DNA from: a virus
Lineage: Duplodnaviria > Caudoviricetes
DNA: 64,000 nt
Direction: 5' to 3' (one strand)
IMG/VR virus record: IMGVR_UViG_3300033069_001185
Coordinates: 64,386-128,385 of that record
Part shown: piece after piece, positions 19,566 to 28,943 of the stretch
Layout of the letters: every line of letters starts with the position of its first letter
Numbering within the stretch: the stretch's first letter is position 1
Translations under genes and position numbers: made by a program
The notes under the pieces: model-generated
Database searches by the model: none
Told to the model about the DNA's origin: nothing
The model's input: the letters and a program-made list of their open reading frames with translations, nothing else

Positions 19566-20375
19566 CTAATAGTTACAGGCAATAATTTCCGATACCTTGC
19601 CACGTCCAGAACCCTTGGAGTTGAGAACTCTTGAGGCTTTTACTTCATGGCAATTCAAATGTTTGTATAGCTCGCGAGTGAAGTCGCACCAAGAATTACT
19701 TATCATGACCTTAATATCATTCCTAGTAAGAATGTCAACGTGTTTCACTAGTTCGATTTGGTCTTGCAGGGAAAACCCATCTGCGCTATAGTTAGCAAAA
19801 TTCGAAGTAGAACTTATTGGGGCATATGGAGGGTCCAGATAGACAAAAGAATTTGGTTGGATCTCCGATACCATATCTTTAAAAGAGCTTTGAGCTATCG
19901 TTACACCTTGCAGGGCTATGCTGGCTTCAAGTAGCTCTTCTTTGTTTAGCTTGGGTTTACCAGTACCGATCGGACTGTTGAAGTAACCCTTTGAATTTAC
20001 TCGATAGAGTCCGTTAAAACAGGCTTTGTTTAGATACAAAAGACGTGAGGCTACGTCTAGCTCGCTGGCTGTAGACCAATTCAGATCTCGATCAAGGGCA
20101 CGAATAGCATAGTATTCCGATTTGGAGTGCCGTTCTTCCAGAAACTTTACCCTTAATGCCAGTTCTTCTGGATTATCTCTGACCTGTCGATAAGTAACAA
20201 TAAGCTCTTTGTTTATATCAAAAAGATGGGAGTTCTTAGGCTGGAGATCGAAGAAAACCGCTCCGCCACCCACAAAAGGTTCGTAATAATGCTCGAACCC
20301 CACAGGCATGAGGCGTTTAATTTCACCTAGAAGTTGCCGCTTGCCACCAACCCACTTTAAAAATGCCTTAGCCAT
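19566..20375 (-). CDS. dam: Dam-family DNA adenine methyltransferase
   Basis: KWVGGKRQL, EPFVGGG, FNGLYRVN, YLDPPY. Confidence 0.92.
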   Translation of the reverse strand: MAKAFLKWVGGKRQLLGEIKRLMPVGFEHYYEPFVGGGAVFFDLQPKNSHLFDINKELIVTYRQVRDNPEELALRVKFLEERHSKSEYYAIRALDRDLNWSTASELDVASRLLYLNKACFNGLYRVNSKGYFNSPIGTGKPKLNKEELLEASIALQGVTIAQSSFKDMVSEIQPNSFVYLDPPYAPISSTSNFANYSADGFSLQDQIELVKHVDILTRNDIKVMISNSWCDFTRELYKHLNCHEVKASRVLNSKGSGRGKVSEIIACNY

Positions 20376-20685
20376 TTTTAAAAACCTTCTTCAATCCGCA
20401 CCCTTGGCATACGACTAGTCTTCCGGTCGGCATTTTGACTTCTTTGATTTCTGGACTCTGACAGGTTTCACAAGTTTGGATTTTAACTTGTGGCATAGTT
20501 TTTGCATGATCCGCAAGAGCGGACTCTTCCCTGTCTGCAATGATATGGATCTGTTTGTCCAACAACCTGCTCAACCGAGCTACCTCTCTTCTAAGCTGGG
20601 CATTCTCTCTCCTGAGATCCGAAAGCTCTTTATTATTACGTTCGTCTCTTTTTGGCTTGTGTCCAACTAGACGCTTGTTACTCAT
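20368..20685 (-). CDS. Coiled-coil + Zn-ribbon hypothetical protein
   Basis: LRRENAQLRREVARL; CETC...CQGC. Confidence 0.6.
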   Translation of the reverse strand: MSNKRLVGHKPKRDERNNKELSDLRRENAQLRREVARLSRLLDKQIHIIADREESALADHAKTMPQVKIQTCETCQSPEIKEVKMPTGRLVVCQGCGLKKVFKNG

Positions 20686-20705
20686 TGGTTTAAATGCCTT
20701 TCGGT

Positions 20706-20948
20706 TTACTCGGTTTCTTGCCGCTGTAACTCTACCACCCATTTCAGACCATCATGAAACATTTTCAAAGACTCAAACCGACCGGCTTCTGTCTCCAAGA
20801 GCATTGGAGACGTACCTAACGTATGGATAAGGTTCTGTTGGTGCGTCAAACCCTCCAAAGTAAAGGCTTCGCACGGGTCACTTTCGTAGCGAACCTTAAA
20901 GCAATAAAGGTCGCCACCCATTGACATTTTTGTCCTAGAAGTTTTCAT
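20706..20948 (-). CDS. Hypothetical protein
   Basis: ORF in operon; start uncertain. Confidence 0.5.
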   Translation of the reverse strand: MKTSRTKMSMGGDLYCFKVRYESDPCEAFTLEGLTHQQNLIHTLGTSPMLLETEAGRFESLKMFHDGLKWVVELQRQETE

Positions 20949-21102
20949 CTCGCTCTTCGTCTTCGTCGATTGTAATTTCTTCTCTATCAACAAGTTCCTC
21001 TTTGAGGGCTATAGCAAAATCGATCCGCTCGGACTTTTTGACTTTGGGCAGGTATTCCAAGAAAAGCTCTTCAATCAGTTCGTCAAAATCTTTCTTTAAC
21101 AT
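20935..21102 (-). CDS. Small acidic protein (55 aa, MLKKDFDELIEELF...), not in the ORF track
   Basis: ATG preceded by GAAGGGG within the direct repeat. Confidence 0.55.
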   Translation of the reverse strand: MLKKDFDELIEELFLEYLPKVKKSERIDFAIALKEELVDREEITIDEDEERDENF

Positions 21103-21255
21103 TCAGGTCCCCTTCGTAGTTGGCGTAGCAAAACTTCTGTCGTATACCTGTTGTGCGCTCAATGTAGCGCGCATCGCTGCGGGCTTGCAGGCAGTGCTGA
21201 TACAGCTCGAAACGGTTCGAAGCTCAGCAGCGGTAATTGTAATTTTCTTTCTCAT
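21103..21255 (-). CDS. Small ORF (50 aa, MRKKITIT...) inside the cassette
   Basis: ATGA overlap with the MTase stop; ends inside the repeat. Confidence 0.35.
   Translation of the reverse strand: MRKKITITAAELRTVSSCISTACKPAAMRATLSAQQVYDRSFATPTTKGT
21104..21126. repeat. Direct repeat copy 1 flanking the methylase cassette
   Basis: caggtccccttcgtagttggcgt; copy 2 at 21953-21976 has one extra C. Confidence 0.85.
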
Positions 21256-21950
21256 GGGAGCACCTGAAAAACAACTTCTGATGTGATTGCCTTGCCTGTC
21301 GCACTGCGGAGACCTTGTTTCGATGTTGTCTGCCAAAGGATCGGCCCTCGGGCGTTGTGCTCGTACTCTGAGACCAGCACAGTATGTCGCTGTGCTTGCT
21401 CGCGTGCCCATTTATAGAACTGCTCTGTGTCGAAAGCGATGCTGTAGCCTGTAGTGCCCTCGTAAGGCGGATCGCAATAGATCAGGCCTGATCCTTTGGG
21501 GATCTCCGCGTTCTGGTAATCGCCGACTGACAACTGCACACCTGTCAGATCGATTTTTGAAAGACTCCTCACTGCGCTAATTGCTGCTGAGATTTTGTTA
21601 CCGCGCTTCTCATCTTTAACAAAACCACGAAAAAAGCCACCTCCGAATGAGCACCCAAAGCCAACGAACCCCACAAGCCAGTCGGGATAGGCGTCTTTGT
21701 TGTTCTTCACTTGTTGGTGAAACTCTTTTGTGATCACATCGGGGAACTCGCCTCTCCGCTGTGCTCTTTCGAGCACTGCAATCACGTACTTGTTCCCATC
21801 GTTCGCGTAGCGGTTCGGGTGATCCACGTTGGTCACCACGTTGCCAGCGCCGCAAAACAGATCGAGAAAGAAATCTTTGCCCTTCGCTTGCTCGGTCAGA
21901 AAGGCCCCGAGCTTTTTTCTGATTCGATACTTTCCACCAAGATACCGCAT
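21252..21950 (-). CDS. Second D12-class DNA adenine methyltransferase
   Basis: MRYLGGK, LDLFCGAG, YCDPPY; ATG at 21950 follows the RBS in the repeat. Confidence 0.88.
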   Translation of the reverse strand: MRYLGGKYRIRKKLGAFLTEQAKGKDFFLDLFCGAGNVVTNVDHPNRYANDGNKYVIAVLERAQRRGEFPDVITKEFHQQVKNNKDAYPDWLVGFVGFGCSFGGGFFRGFVKDEKRGNKISAAISAVRSLSKIDLTGVQLSVGDYQNAEIPKGSGLIYCDPPYEGTTGYSIAFDTEQFYKWAREQAQRHTVLVSEYEHNARGPILWQTTSKQGLRSATGKAITSEVVFQVLP

Positions 21951-21952
21951 TA

Positions 21953-21976
21953 CAGGTCCCCCTTCGTAGTTGGCGT
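21953..21976. repeat. Direct repeat copy 2 flanking the methylase cassette
   Basis: caggtcccccttcgtagttggcgt. Confidence 0.85.
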
Positions 21977-22578
21977 TAAAAATCCGCGCCAATTTTGATA
22001 CCACCCATGCCCTGACCCGTTGTCGATCCCATACCCCAAACGCCCAAGAAGAACGGCCCTACGATTCTACGTTCGACCTCTCCTCCGACTAGGTAAGAGT
22101 TGATTCCGGGTACTGGAAGGATTTGGGGGCTTACGCCGCCCAAGACTCCTAGGTGCCATTGGGGTAAGATTGGCTCGATCTTCTTTTCTACAATCTTTTC
22201 GCGCTCTACAACGACTTGCTTCTCAACTTCAACAACCTTTACTTCCGTACTGTTTGACTTTTCATGGACAACGGTATCAATATTTTTCTCTTCTACTTCT
22301 TTCGTTAGAACTGTACCGTCTGGACGCTTTTCTTCGTTTTTCTCTCTACGCCAGCGTTCTACAATCTGGGTGTCTTTTACCTTGACAATCTCAATTCTAA
22401 CCTTTTCTTTCTCTACAACGACTTGCTTCTCAACTTCAACTACCTTGATCTTCTCTTCAATCTTGACCTGACCTTGATTCATATAGCCACCCATGGCAAA
22501 GCCACAGACAAGACAAACCAGACAGATCAGTAGCCAGACTCCATTATTGGAGAACCACTGCTTGATATTATCGAACAT
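21976..22578 (-). CDS. Membrane protein: N-terminal TM, repeated KVVEVEKQVVVE stalk, C-terminal beta-strands ending in Phe
   Basis: WLLICLVCLVCGFAMG; 30-bp exact internal repeat 22204-22233 / 22411-22440; ends KIGADF. Confidence 0.6.
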   Translation of the reverse strand: MFDNIKQWFSNNGVWLLICLVCLVCGFAMGGYMNQGQVKIEEKIKVVEVEKQVVVEKEKVRIEIVKVKDTQIVERWRREKNEEKRPDGTVLTKEVEEKNIDTVVHEKSNSTEVKVVEVEKQVVVEREKIVEKKIEPILPQWHLGVLGGVSPQILPVPGINSYLVGGEVERRIVGPFFLGVWGMGSTTGQGMGGIKIGADF

Positions 22579-23065
22579 TTTTGGCAAATCCTTCGGCTAC
22601 GGCTTCCGATGCGCTGAAGAACTTCTCTTCACAGGCCCATTTACGGATCATGCTGACCGGGATGCCGGTTTCTTGGTGAATGACTTTGTAGTATTTTTCG
22701 TTGTTTTGCTCAACTTGACCGGCTAAGCGAGAAACATCGTCAACATTGGTATGTCCCTGCATGACAACAGAACCGTTGTGAATCATTAGCTCGCAGTTCT
22801 TGGACAAGAACCGCTCTTGACTGGCTAGAAAAATGATAGTGGCAATAGAGCAAACTTCGCCAATGCCATAAATCACTACCTTATTCTTCAGACTTTTGAT
22901 ACAATCAAAAAGGGCGTACCCAACATAGTCTTCGCCACCGGGAGAAGAAATAACAATATCAATCTGGCCCTTTGTCTCGTCAAGGTCTCTCAGGACTGGA
23001 ATGCTGCTGAGGGTGTTTGTATCAATGTGACCAAAGATATATACGGTTCGTTGTGGGTTTTTCAT
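22568..23065 (-). CDS. clpP: ClpP-like serine protease
   Basis: ISSPGG, GEVCSIA (catalytic Ser), MIHN, FSASEAVAEG. Confidence 0.85.
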   Translation of the reverse strand: MKNPQRTVYIFGHIDTNTLSSIPVLRDLDETKGQIDIVISSPGGEDYVGYALFDCIKSLKNKVVIYGIGEVCSIATIIFLASQERFLSKNCELMIHNGSVVMQGHTNVDDVSRLAGQVEQNNEKYYKVIHQETGIPVSMIRKWACEEKFFSASEAVAEGFAKNVR

Positions 23066-23089
23066 AAAAACCAATATAGCACAACGCGA

Positions 23090-24553
23090 TTACCAAGTTT
23101 TATCTTCCGGCAGAGCTTTATTGATATACTGGTTGAGAATTTCGTCCGTAATGTGGCTTAGGCTACTGGTTCCTCGATACCAAACGGCTCCTAGGCTATT
23201 AGAGTGAGTAGTACACTTTGCGTAATTAGTCTTCGCCAATACAGACATCTCTGTCTCGCTCGATCGGGACTTGCAAAGGTGGAAAATGATTCTTTCGCCG
23301 TACTTTGAATTGCGGTTCAGGGTAATCAGATTGGTCGCTACCATTACAGGGCCAAATGACTCCGAACTATCCTCTGAGGTGATCAGGCGATCATGCGTTC
23401 CGTGCTCGCCCTGAAAACGATTGTTTTTACTGGCTTCTCTGTTCGTTTGCTGTGCCAAAATTGCATGGAACTTGTGTTTCAGCGCTAACTGTACGAAGTA
23501 GTTATATGTCCATGCATCAACATGCCTACGCTCTTTATTGATAGAATCCGCACTGGTGAGTTTAGCTGGGTAGTCGTCAATGACAAGATCGAATCCTTGT
23601 CCCGTCCGTTGGATTTCTTCGGTCTGCTTTTTCTCAATAATCCGGCCCACTTCTTCTACGGTTAGGCCGGGTTGGTTCATTGGTACATAGCGGAAATACT
23701 TCTTCAGAAAGTTAGACCCGCCAGTAAACAACAATGGGTCGGTTTTGTAAAGAACCATCAGTTCAGCAAAGGTTTTTTGCGTGAGGCAAGACCAGATTTT
23801 ATTCTGAATGTCTTCCGGTCTCCCCTCGTGTGTAATGAACAGTACCTTTTTGAACTCTTTTACGTTAGCAATAGCCGTGGTTACTAGAAAGCTTGTCTTG
23901 CCAACGTTGGTAGAAGCCATCACTACCGTCGTATCGCCCTTCAGAAGGCTCCCCTTGGCACACGTAGGATCAATTATCTTGTCCAGTACATCCAGCCCTG
24001 TAGTCAGGGCTCCGAGCTTTTCTGTCTCTACACCTGAAAAATGGTTCTGCCAGTTAGTAAAGTCAACTTCGTCTTCTTCGAAGAACTTTACGTCTTGGTA
24101 TGATCTAACAGTTTGCTCAAGTACGTCATAGGCTTGGCTGATCTTCTTGGCGTTGAACAGTTCTGAAGATTTTGTTACAGACTCAAGATAGATACGGCAT
24201 TTTAGCCACATCGACAACTCGTTGACCATTGCTTCTAGGTCGAAATCAACCTTTTTGGTCAGAGCTATCTCAATCGCGGCTAAGCATTTTGTGCGATTTG
24301 CTACATCTTTGCCTTGAAAGTCCAAGGAAAAGGTAACGTCTTCTTTGGTAGGCATCTTTGCCAAACTAGGATCGTTGTCTTTGGTCCACTTTAAATACAG
24401 CCCCCAGACTTCCCCGGCCCATGGATTGCTAAACCAGTTCTTCTTGATTTTGTCACGGCACTGGTGGTAAAAGTTTTTGTTAGTCAACAGGTGCCCAAGT
24501 AGGCCGTGCTGTTTGGTCTCGTTGAATGGTAGTGATTCTTGCGTCAGTTCCAT
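23090..24553 (-). CDS. Replicative DnaB/gp41-like SF4 helicase
   Basis: ASTNVGKT, FITHE, VIDDY, QQTNR, KSR. Confidence 0.85.
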   Translation of the reverse strand: MELTQESLPFNETKQHGLLGHLLTNKNFYHQCRDKIKKNWFSNPWAGEVWGLYLKWTKDNDPSLAKMPTKEDVTFSLDFQGKDVANRTKCLAAIEIALTKKVDFDLEAMVNELSMWLKCRIYLESVTKSSELFNAKKISQAYDVLEQTVRSYQDVKFFEEDEVDFTNWQNHFSGVETEKLGALTTGLDVLDKIIDPTCAKGSLLKGDTTVVMASTNVGKTSFLVTTAIANVKEFKKVLFITHEGRPEDIQNKIWSCLTQKTFAELMVLYKTDPLLFTGGSNFLKKYFRYVPMNQPGLTVEEVGRIIEKKQTEEIQRTGQGFDLVIDDYPAKLTSADSINKERRHVDAWTYNYFVQLALKHKFHAILAQQTNREASKNNRFQGEHGTHDRLITSEDSSESFGPVMVATNLITLNRNSKYGERIIFHLCKSRSSETEMSVLAKTNYAKCTTHSNSLGAVWYRGTSSLSHITDEILNQYINKALPEDKTW

Positions 24554-24556
24554 CGA

Positions 24557-25549
24557 TTACCAGTCCTTTTTAATGTAAAGAAAAATCTTATTGTTACTGA
24601 ACCTTTCACAGGCTTTGAAAAGTTTGTGTACTTCCTCAAAAGTCATAGCCCCAAGGTCGCCCTCTTTAACTCTCATATCAAAGATTTCTAGATCTCTGAA
24701 TTGCTCAACCAGCTTGGCCACTTCTCTGGTTGCATCTGCGTCCAAAGCAATATAGACCTTGCGTACTCCTGAGTTTTTGATAATATCAATCTGAGTCCTA
24801 GAAACGGCCTTACCCATTGTCGCTACGTTGCCGCCGCACAAGTCGGCCTTTATACCATCAATAGGACCTTCTGTGAGCACACAGTGATCGCTTCCGCTTA
24901 GGTTGTTCCTGAACATAAGCGCTTGGTCTTTTTTGAACCCCAAACTGGTCAGTGCCTTGGGAATGGTTACCAGTTTTTGTGTTTCTTCGTCAACGTAAGA
25001 CTCCCCACCGATGTAACGGCCCTGCCAACCTAACAGTCTTTTTTGATCGTAGACCGGGAAGATAACTCTTCGGGTACTGGGAGAGTATCTGAGATCGTAC
25101 TTCTGGGCTATATCAAAAGGAACCCCACGGCCAAGTAAGTAGTCAACTGCCGGTTTGCTATACTCACTATTCAATGATATAATGTCAGCAGTGAAGCTGA
25201 CCTCGGGAAGAATGACCTCGGTAGAGAGTACGATTTCGTCGTCTAGAAAGTCCTTGTCTGTCAGATGAAGATCAATGAAAACTCCCGAAACCTCAGAAAC
25301 CTGTTCCCCATATAACCGAGAGCGTATTTCAGAAAATGAAAGATTGGTAAGTTCTGCCAGTGCGTATTCTGGCCTGCCTTGAAAGTTATCAATCTCTTTG
25401 CAATAGAAACAGACAAAGCGGCCATCGCCGCGTCTAATGTACAGCTTGTCCCTTTTCCTGCACTTCGGGCAGGTCATAATAAAAGAGCGGGTGCCAGTTT
25501 TGAATTTGACACCCGCTTCTTCCATTATTGCTACTACTTCTTTTTCCAT
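24557..25549 (-). CDS. DNA primase (Zn finger + TOPRIM)
   Basis: CPKC...CFYC, TEGPIDG, IALDADA. Confidence 0.88.
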   Translation of the reverse strand: MEKEVVAIMEEAGVKFKTGTRSFIMTCPKCRKRDKLYIRRGDGRFVCFYCKEIDNFQGRPEYALAELTNLSFSEIRSRLYGEQVSEVSGVFIDLHLTDKDFLDDEIVLSTEVILPEVSFTADIISLNSEYSKPAVDYLLGRGVPFDIAQKYDLRYSPSTRRVIFPVYDQKRLLGWQGRYIGGESYVDEETQKLVTIPKALTSLGFKKDQALMFRNNLSGSDHCVLTEGPIDGIKADLCGGNVATMGKAVSRTQIDIIKNSGVRKVYIALDADATREVAKLVEQFRDLEIFDMRVKEGDLGAMTFEEVHKLFKACERFSNNKIFLYIKKDW

Positions 25550-25550
25550 T

Positions 25551-26681
25551 TTACGCCGATTGTTCTTCTACCAAGGTTTCGTTCACTTCAACCGAATCAG
25601 GACGCTTCCGGTGGTTGGTTAGCTCTCGCTTACGAACATCTGCAAGCACTCTTTGGCAAAGATCTGGATCTTGCTTTAGAGCAGCCAGCAAAGCCTTCTG
25701 GCCAGTCCACTTGTTTCCCTCAAACGTATAGCTCATTGAGGTAGGCTTTTCAATCGATTTCCGACCCACACCCAGAATAAGAGCTTCTTCGTGAGTATTG
25801 ATAATACCGAAGTCGTAGTCCAGAGTGAACTCCCCAACACGGTTCTTCGGCCCTAGAGAAGAATTGACCATCTTGACTCTGACTTTATGCCCAGTACGTT
25901 CTGAGTTGTCCATGAAGTCCGTCATTTCTTCGTTTTCTAGCTTGTTCCCCTCAAGATTGGTTCGACCTTCTTTTGAGAGGTTGGGTTCAACCATCATGAA
26001 GTATTCGCAGAAGTGCTGAACACCGAAAGCAACCGCTGCTTTGGTTTTTTCGCCTCGCATCTGAGCCGCCATGTCCATCTGGGCACGCAACTGAGCCGTA
26101 ATAATAAGGCTGATCTTGTATTTTCGAATGACAGGAAGAATGCGTTTCAGGCCTTTTTGGTAAGTCATTGCTTCGTCACCGATTTGTTGGACTAGCACAG
26201 AGTCAGCGTTTAGGTTTCGAATGCCCTGAATACCAGACAGTGAGTCAATGATAATGAGCTTGATCGGAGCCCCTTCTTCGCATAGGGCAGCTACATCCTT
26301 TTCAATGTAGTCAAACACCTTATCTGGCTCGTTGGTCTGTTCGATTTTGTACCGGTCTATATCAATACCGAAGTTCTGTGCTGCCTCGTCCAAGTCGTTC
26401 ATCTGGAAATGGTCTCGGAACTCAGTATCGAACTTGATAGCAATAGCCTCGGGATCTGCTTGGTGTAACTTACCTACGAAACTGTTACAAATTACGGTCT
26501 TGCCTGCCTTGGGAGGGCCATACAGTAGTAGAGTAGCTCCTCTTGGCAAACCCCAACCCTTACCGAATGTAAAGTTGAGCGACGGGCTATGGGTTTCAAG
26601 GACTTCGGCATGTACATTGTATCGATCTTTGATAGCGTTTTCAGATTTAAGGAGTTTGTCCATCCATTTGTTTTTACTCAT
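25551..26681 (-). CDS. recA: RecA/UvsX recombinase
   Basis: GPPKAGKT, DTE, IIIDSL, QLR. Confidence 0.85.
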   Translation of the reverse strand: MSKNKWMDKLLKSENAIKDRYNVHAEVLETHSPSLNFTFGKGWGLPRGATLLLYGPPKAGKTVICNSFVGKLHQADPEAIAIKFDTEFRDHFQMNDLDEAAQNFGIDIDRYKIEQTNEPDKVFDYIEKDVAALCEEGAPIKLIIIDSLSGIQGIRNLNADSVLVQQIGDEAMTYQKGLKRILPVIRKYKISLIITAQLRAQMDMAAQMRGEKTKAAVAFGVQHFCEYFMMVEPNLSKEGRTNLEGNKLENEEMTDFMDNSERTGHKVRVKMVNSSLGPKNRVGEFTLDYDFGIINTHEEALILGVGRKSIEKPTSMSYTFEGNKWTGQKALLAALKQDPDLCQRVLADVRKRELTNHRKRPDSVEVNETLVEEQSA

Positions 26682-26696
26682 ATTTTGTGAATCCTC

Positions 26697-27233
26697 TTAG
26701 TATCTGGTTTTGCCAAAATAGCCTTGAGTGGGTGACGAATCTGGACCGGGAAGGCTCATTTTCGCATGGAAACTATCCCCAAGGATTTTCTTGACAGCGG
26801 TATATGACATTTCGATTGACTTCTTCTTGCCTTCTAGTAGGGTTTTGAATGAATGTAGTATCGTTTCGGTTTCTTGTGCAGATTGATAGTCGGGATCCAG
26901 ATCAATAATTGCCTGTCTGGTGGTCTCGTTGGTCTGTAAGCCTCTCTCTTTCAGGATTGAGGGTACTTTATCCAGTACGATAACCGCCTTGATTTCTCTG
27001 GATTTACGACAGGCTGTCTCGTATTCGTACTCAACAGCCGACACCATCGAAACAAGCTCCGCATATGCTTGGTTGAAAACCGCCATCAACTCCGGAGCTT
27101 TACCCGGAGTGATGGACGCGATTTCTTCCGTTCTGTTTTCTGCAAAACGGATAGCCTTCATATCAAAAACCAGAGGTTCTGAATTAGGTAAACCTCTGGG
27201 GATTGACAGTTCGTCTTTACTTTGCATTGGCAA
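26697..27233 (-). CDS. Helical hypothetical protein, possible UvsY-like mediator
   Basis: All-helical; lies between SSB and RecA. Confidence 0.4.
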   Translation of the reverse strand: MPMQSKDELSIPRGLPNSEPLVFDMKAIRFAENRTEEIASITPGKAPELMAVFNQAYAELVSMVSAVEYEYETACRKSREIKAVIVLDKVPSILKERGLQTNETTRQAIIDLDPDYQSAQETETILHSFKTLLEGKKKSIEMSYTAVKKILGDSFHAKMSLPGPDSSPTQGYFGKTRY

Positions 27234-28209
27234 AGCTCTTTAGAAAGTCATCGGCACTGGCCGGGAGACTCGGAGAGGGTTGTACTGGTGCTGACTGGAC
27301 CACCTGTTGAGTAACCTTGGGCTCCATCTGAGGAATCGCCATGGTGGGAGTGGTAGTGGCAGGAGTAGGTGAAGCCTCCCTCTTTCCTTGGGCAAATACC
27401 GCAGCGGCTACGTTCAGATCACCAGCGGAATCGACGAGGCTACGAATCTGGGCATAGGTGAGCTTCGTCGTACACTGAGTCAGGTCTACCAATGCGTCGA
27501 TCTTCGCAGCGTCCTCTTCTACTAGAGGGGCTGACTTGATTACCTTAGCGCTCTTGCCGTCCGGTAAGGTTATAACCTCCAACATTACTTCAACGTCGGT
27601 ATCGGCCTGACTACCCTTTAGACCGTTCTTGGTGAACTTGAAGAAAACGCCAGTTTCAGCGTCTAGGGCATGGATACCTTCCTCCTTGACCAAGCGCTTC
27701 ATCTTTTCTTCTAGCTTCAGCTTGACTTTGTGACCAAGAAGAAGAACGTTCCACTCGCCCGACATGTTCTTGGCATAGCAATACCACTTATTGTCAAGGT
27801 TGTGTTCTTGGAGCCACTTCTGGAATGGCAATAGTGCATTTTTGATAGCATCAGCACTCCGGCCTTCTCCTTGCATCTTGACCCGCAAGGATTCCATCAT
27901 GTTCTTCTGCTCTTCGATCTTCCGACACTCCGGACACTCTTGCTCAACCAGCTTGGTCTTGTAGTTGACCTTCTCGATGCACTCGAACGGTTTGGCACGA
28001 ACCTTGTCTGGACTTCCATCCACTGCTACGCCGTAGCCGAAATGGATCTTGTGGAATGTTGCAAACAGGCCCTTTTCCAACAATGACCGTACTGGAGGTG
28101 CAATACGGTAAATGTTATCCTGTCCTTCCTTGATTTTGTAAAATGGCTTATACGTACTATTACTGCCGTTCTTGTTGCCGTCTAGGTTTACTTTTCCGAA
28201 ATAACTCAT
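27217..28209 (-). CDS. Probable ssDNA-binding protein (gp32-like)
   Basis: YRIAPP, H..H.G, C...CPEC Zn site, low-complexity tail ending DDFLKSF. Confidence 0.65.
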   Translation of the reverse strand: MSYFGKVNLDGNKNGSNSTYKPFYKIKEGQDNIYRIAPPVRSLLEKGLFATFHKIHFGYGVAVDGSPDKVRAKPFECIEKVNYKTKLVEQECPECRKIEEQKNMMESLRVKMQGEGRSADAIKNALLPFQKWLQEHNLDNKWYCYAKNMSGEWNVLLLGHKVKLKLEEKMKRLVKEEGIHALDAETGVFFKFTKNGLKGSQADTDVEVMLEVITLPDGKSAKVIKSAPLVEEDAAKIDALVDLTQCTTKLTYAQIRSLVDSAGDLNVAAAVFAQGKREASPTPATTTPTMAIPQMEPKVTQQVVQSAPVQPSPSLPASADDFLKSFANAK

Positions 28210-28214
28210 AATAT

Positions 28215-28943
28215 TTAGCTTCCTTTTAAGTATTTTTTGATATCGTTGAACATCTTTAGTGCTTCGCTATTGTATGATTCAGGTTCTTTTGCTACAGTGT
28301 GTTTAATGTACTTTGACCGAAACAGCGTTTTACCAAGCCAGTCCTGTTCGGTCTCAGGAACGTTCTTGACAAGAACAACGGTTACTTTGTCCTTGATTTT
28401 TTCAGCCAAAGCCGTTTTATGTACGGCTCCTTTCAGATACGACTGTTGTAGTTTCTTGCCATTGGCAAGCTCTACGATGCCTTTTACCACGGCATGGAGT
28501 TGGCTATCCGAATTAATTTCAACGTTATCCATGGCGGATAGGCTGATTTCAAACTCTTCGCCAGTCGCACGGCCATAGTCAGATAATTCTTTAACGATAG
28601 CGTTGTATTGCGCTGAAGCGAATAGATTGGCTATGCTCATTGTTTGTCGAGTTCGATCGGCTAGCAATCTGTAGCATTCTTCTCCATCTACAACCATTGC
28701 TCCTAGCTCTTTTGCGGCCTCGGAAAGGTTCTTCTGCTGATCGGCTGTACCAGACACAAACGCGAGAACGACTGTTTGATCGAAAGCTTTTAGGTATTTC
28801 GCCTCAAGCTCTGGCTGTGCTCGGATTGCGTCTTGTTGGCGCATGAGCCTTCCGGGTCTCGTTGTCAAATCTCCTAGAATTTCTGCTTCGATGGCCTTTT
28901 TGTTTTCTGAAAGTTCTTGTACAATACTTTTCAAGTCGCTCAT
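28215..28943 (-). CDS. Hypothetical protein
   Basis: 242-aa ORF in the replication operon. Confidence 0.6.
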   Translation of the reverse strand: MSDLKSIVQELSENKKAIEAEILGDLTTRPGRLMRQQDAIRAQPELEAKYLKAFDQTVVLAFVSGTADQQKNLSEAAKELGAMVVDGEECYRLLADRTRQTMSIANLFASAQYNAIVKELSDYGRATGEEFEISLSAMDNVEINSDSQLHAVVKGIVELANGKKLQQSYLKGAVHKTALAEKIKDKVTVVLVKNVPETEQDWLGKTLFRSKYIKHTVAKEPESYNSEALKMFNDIKKYLKGS

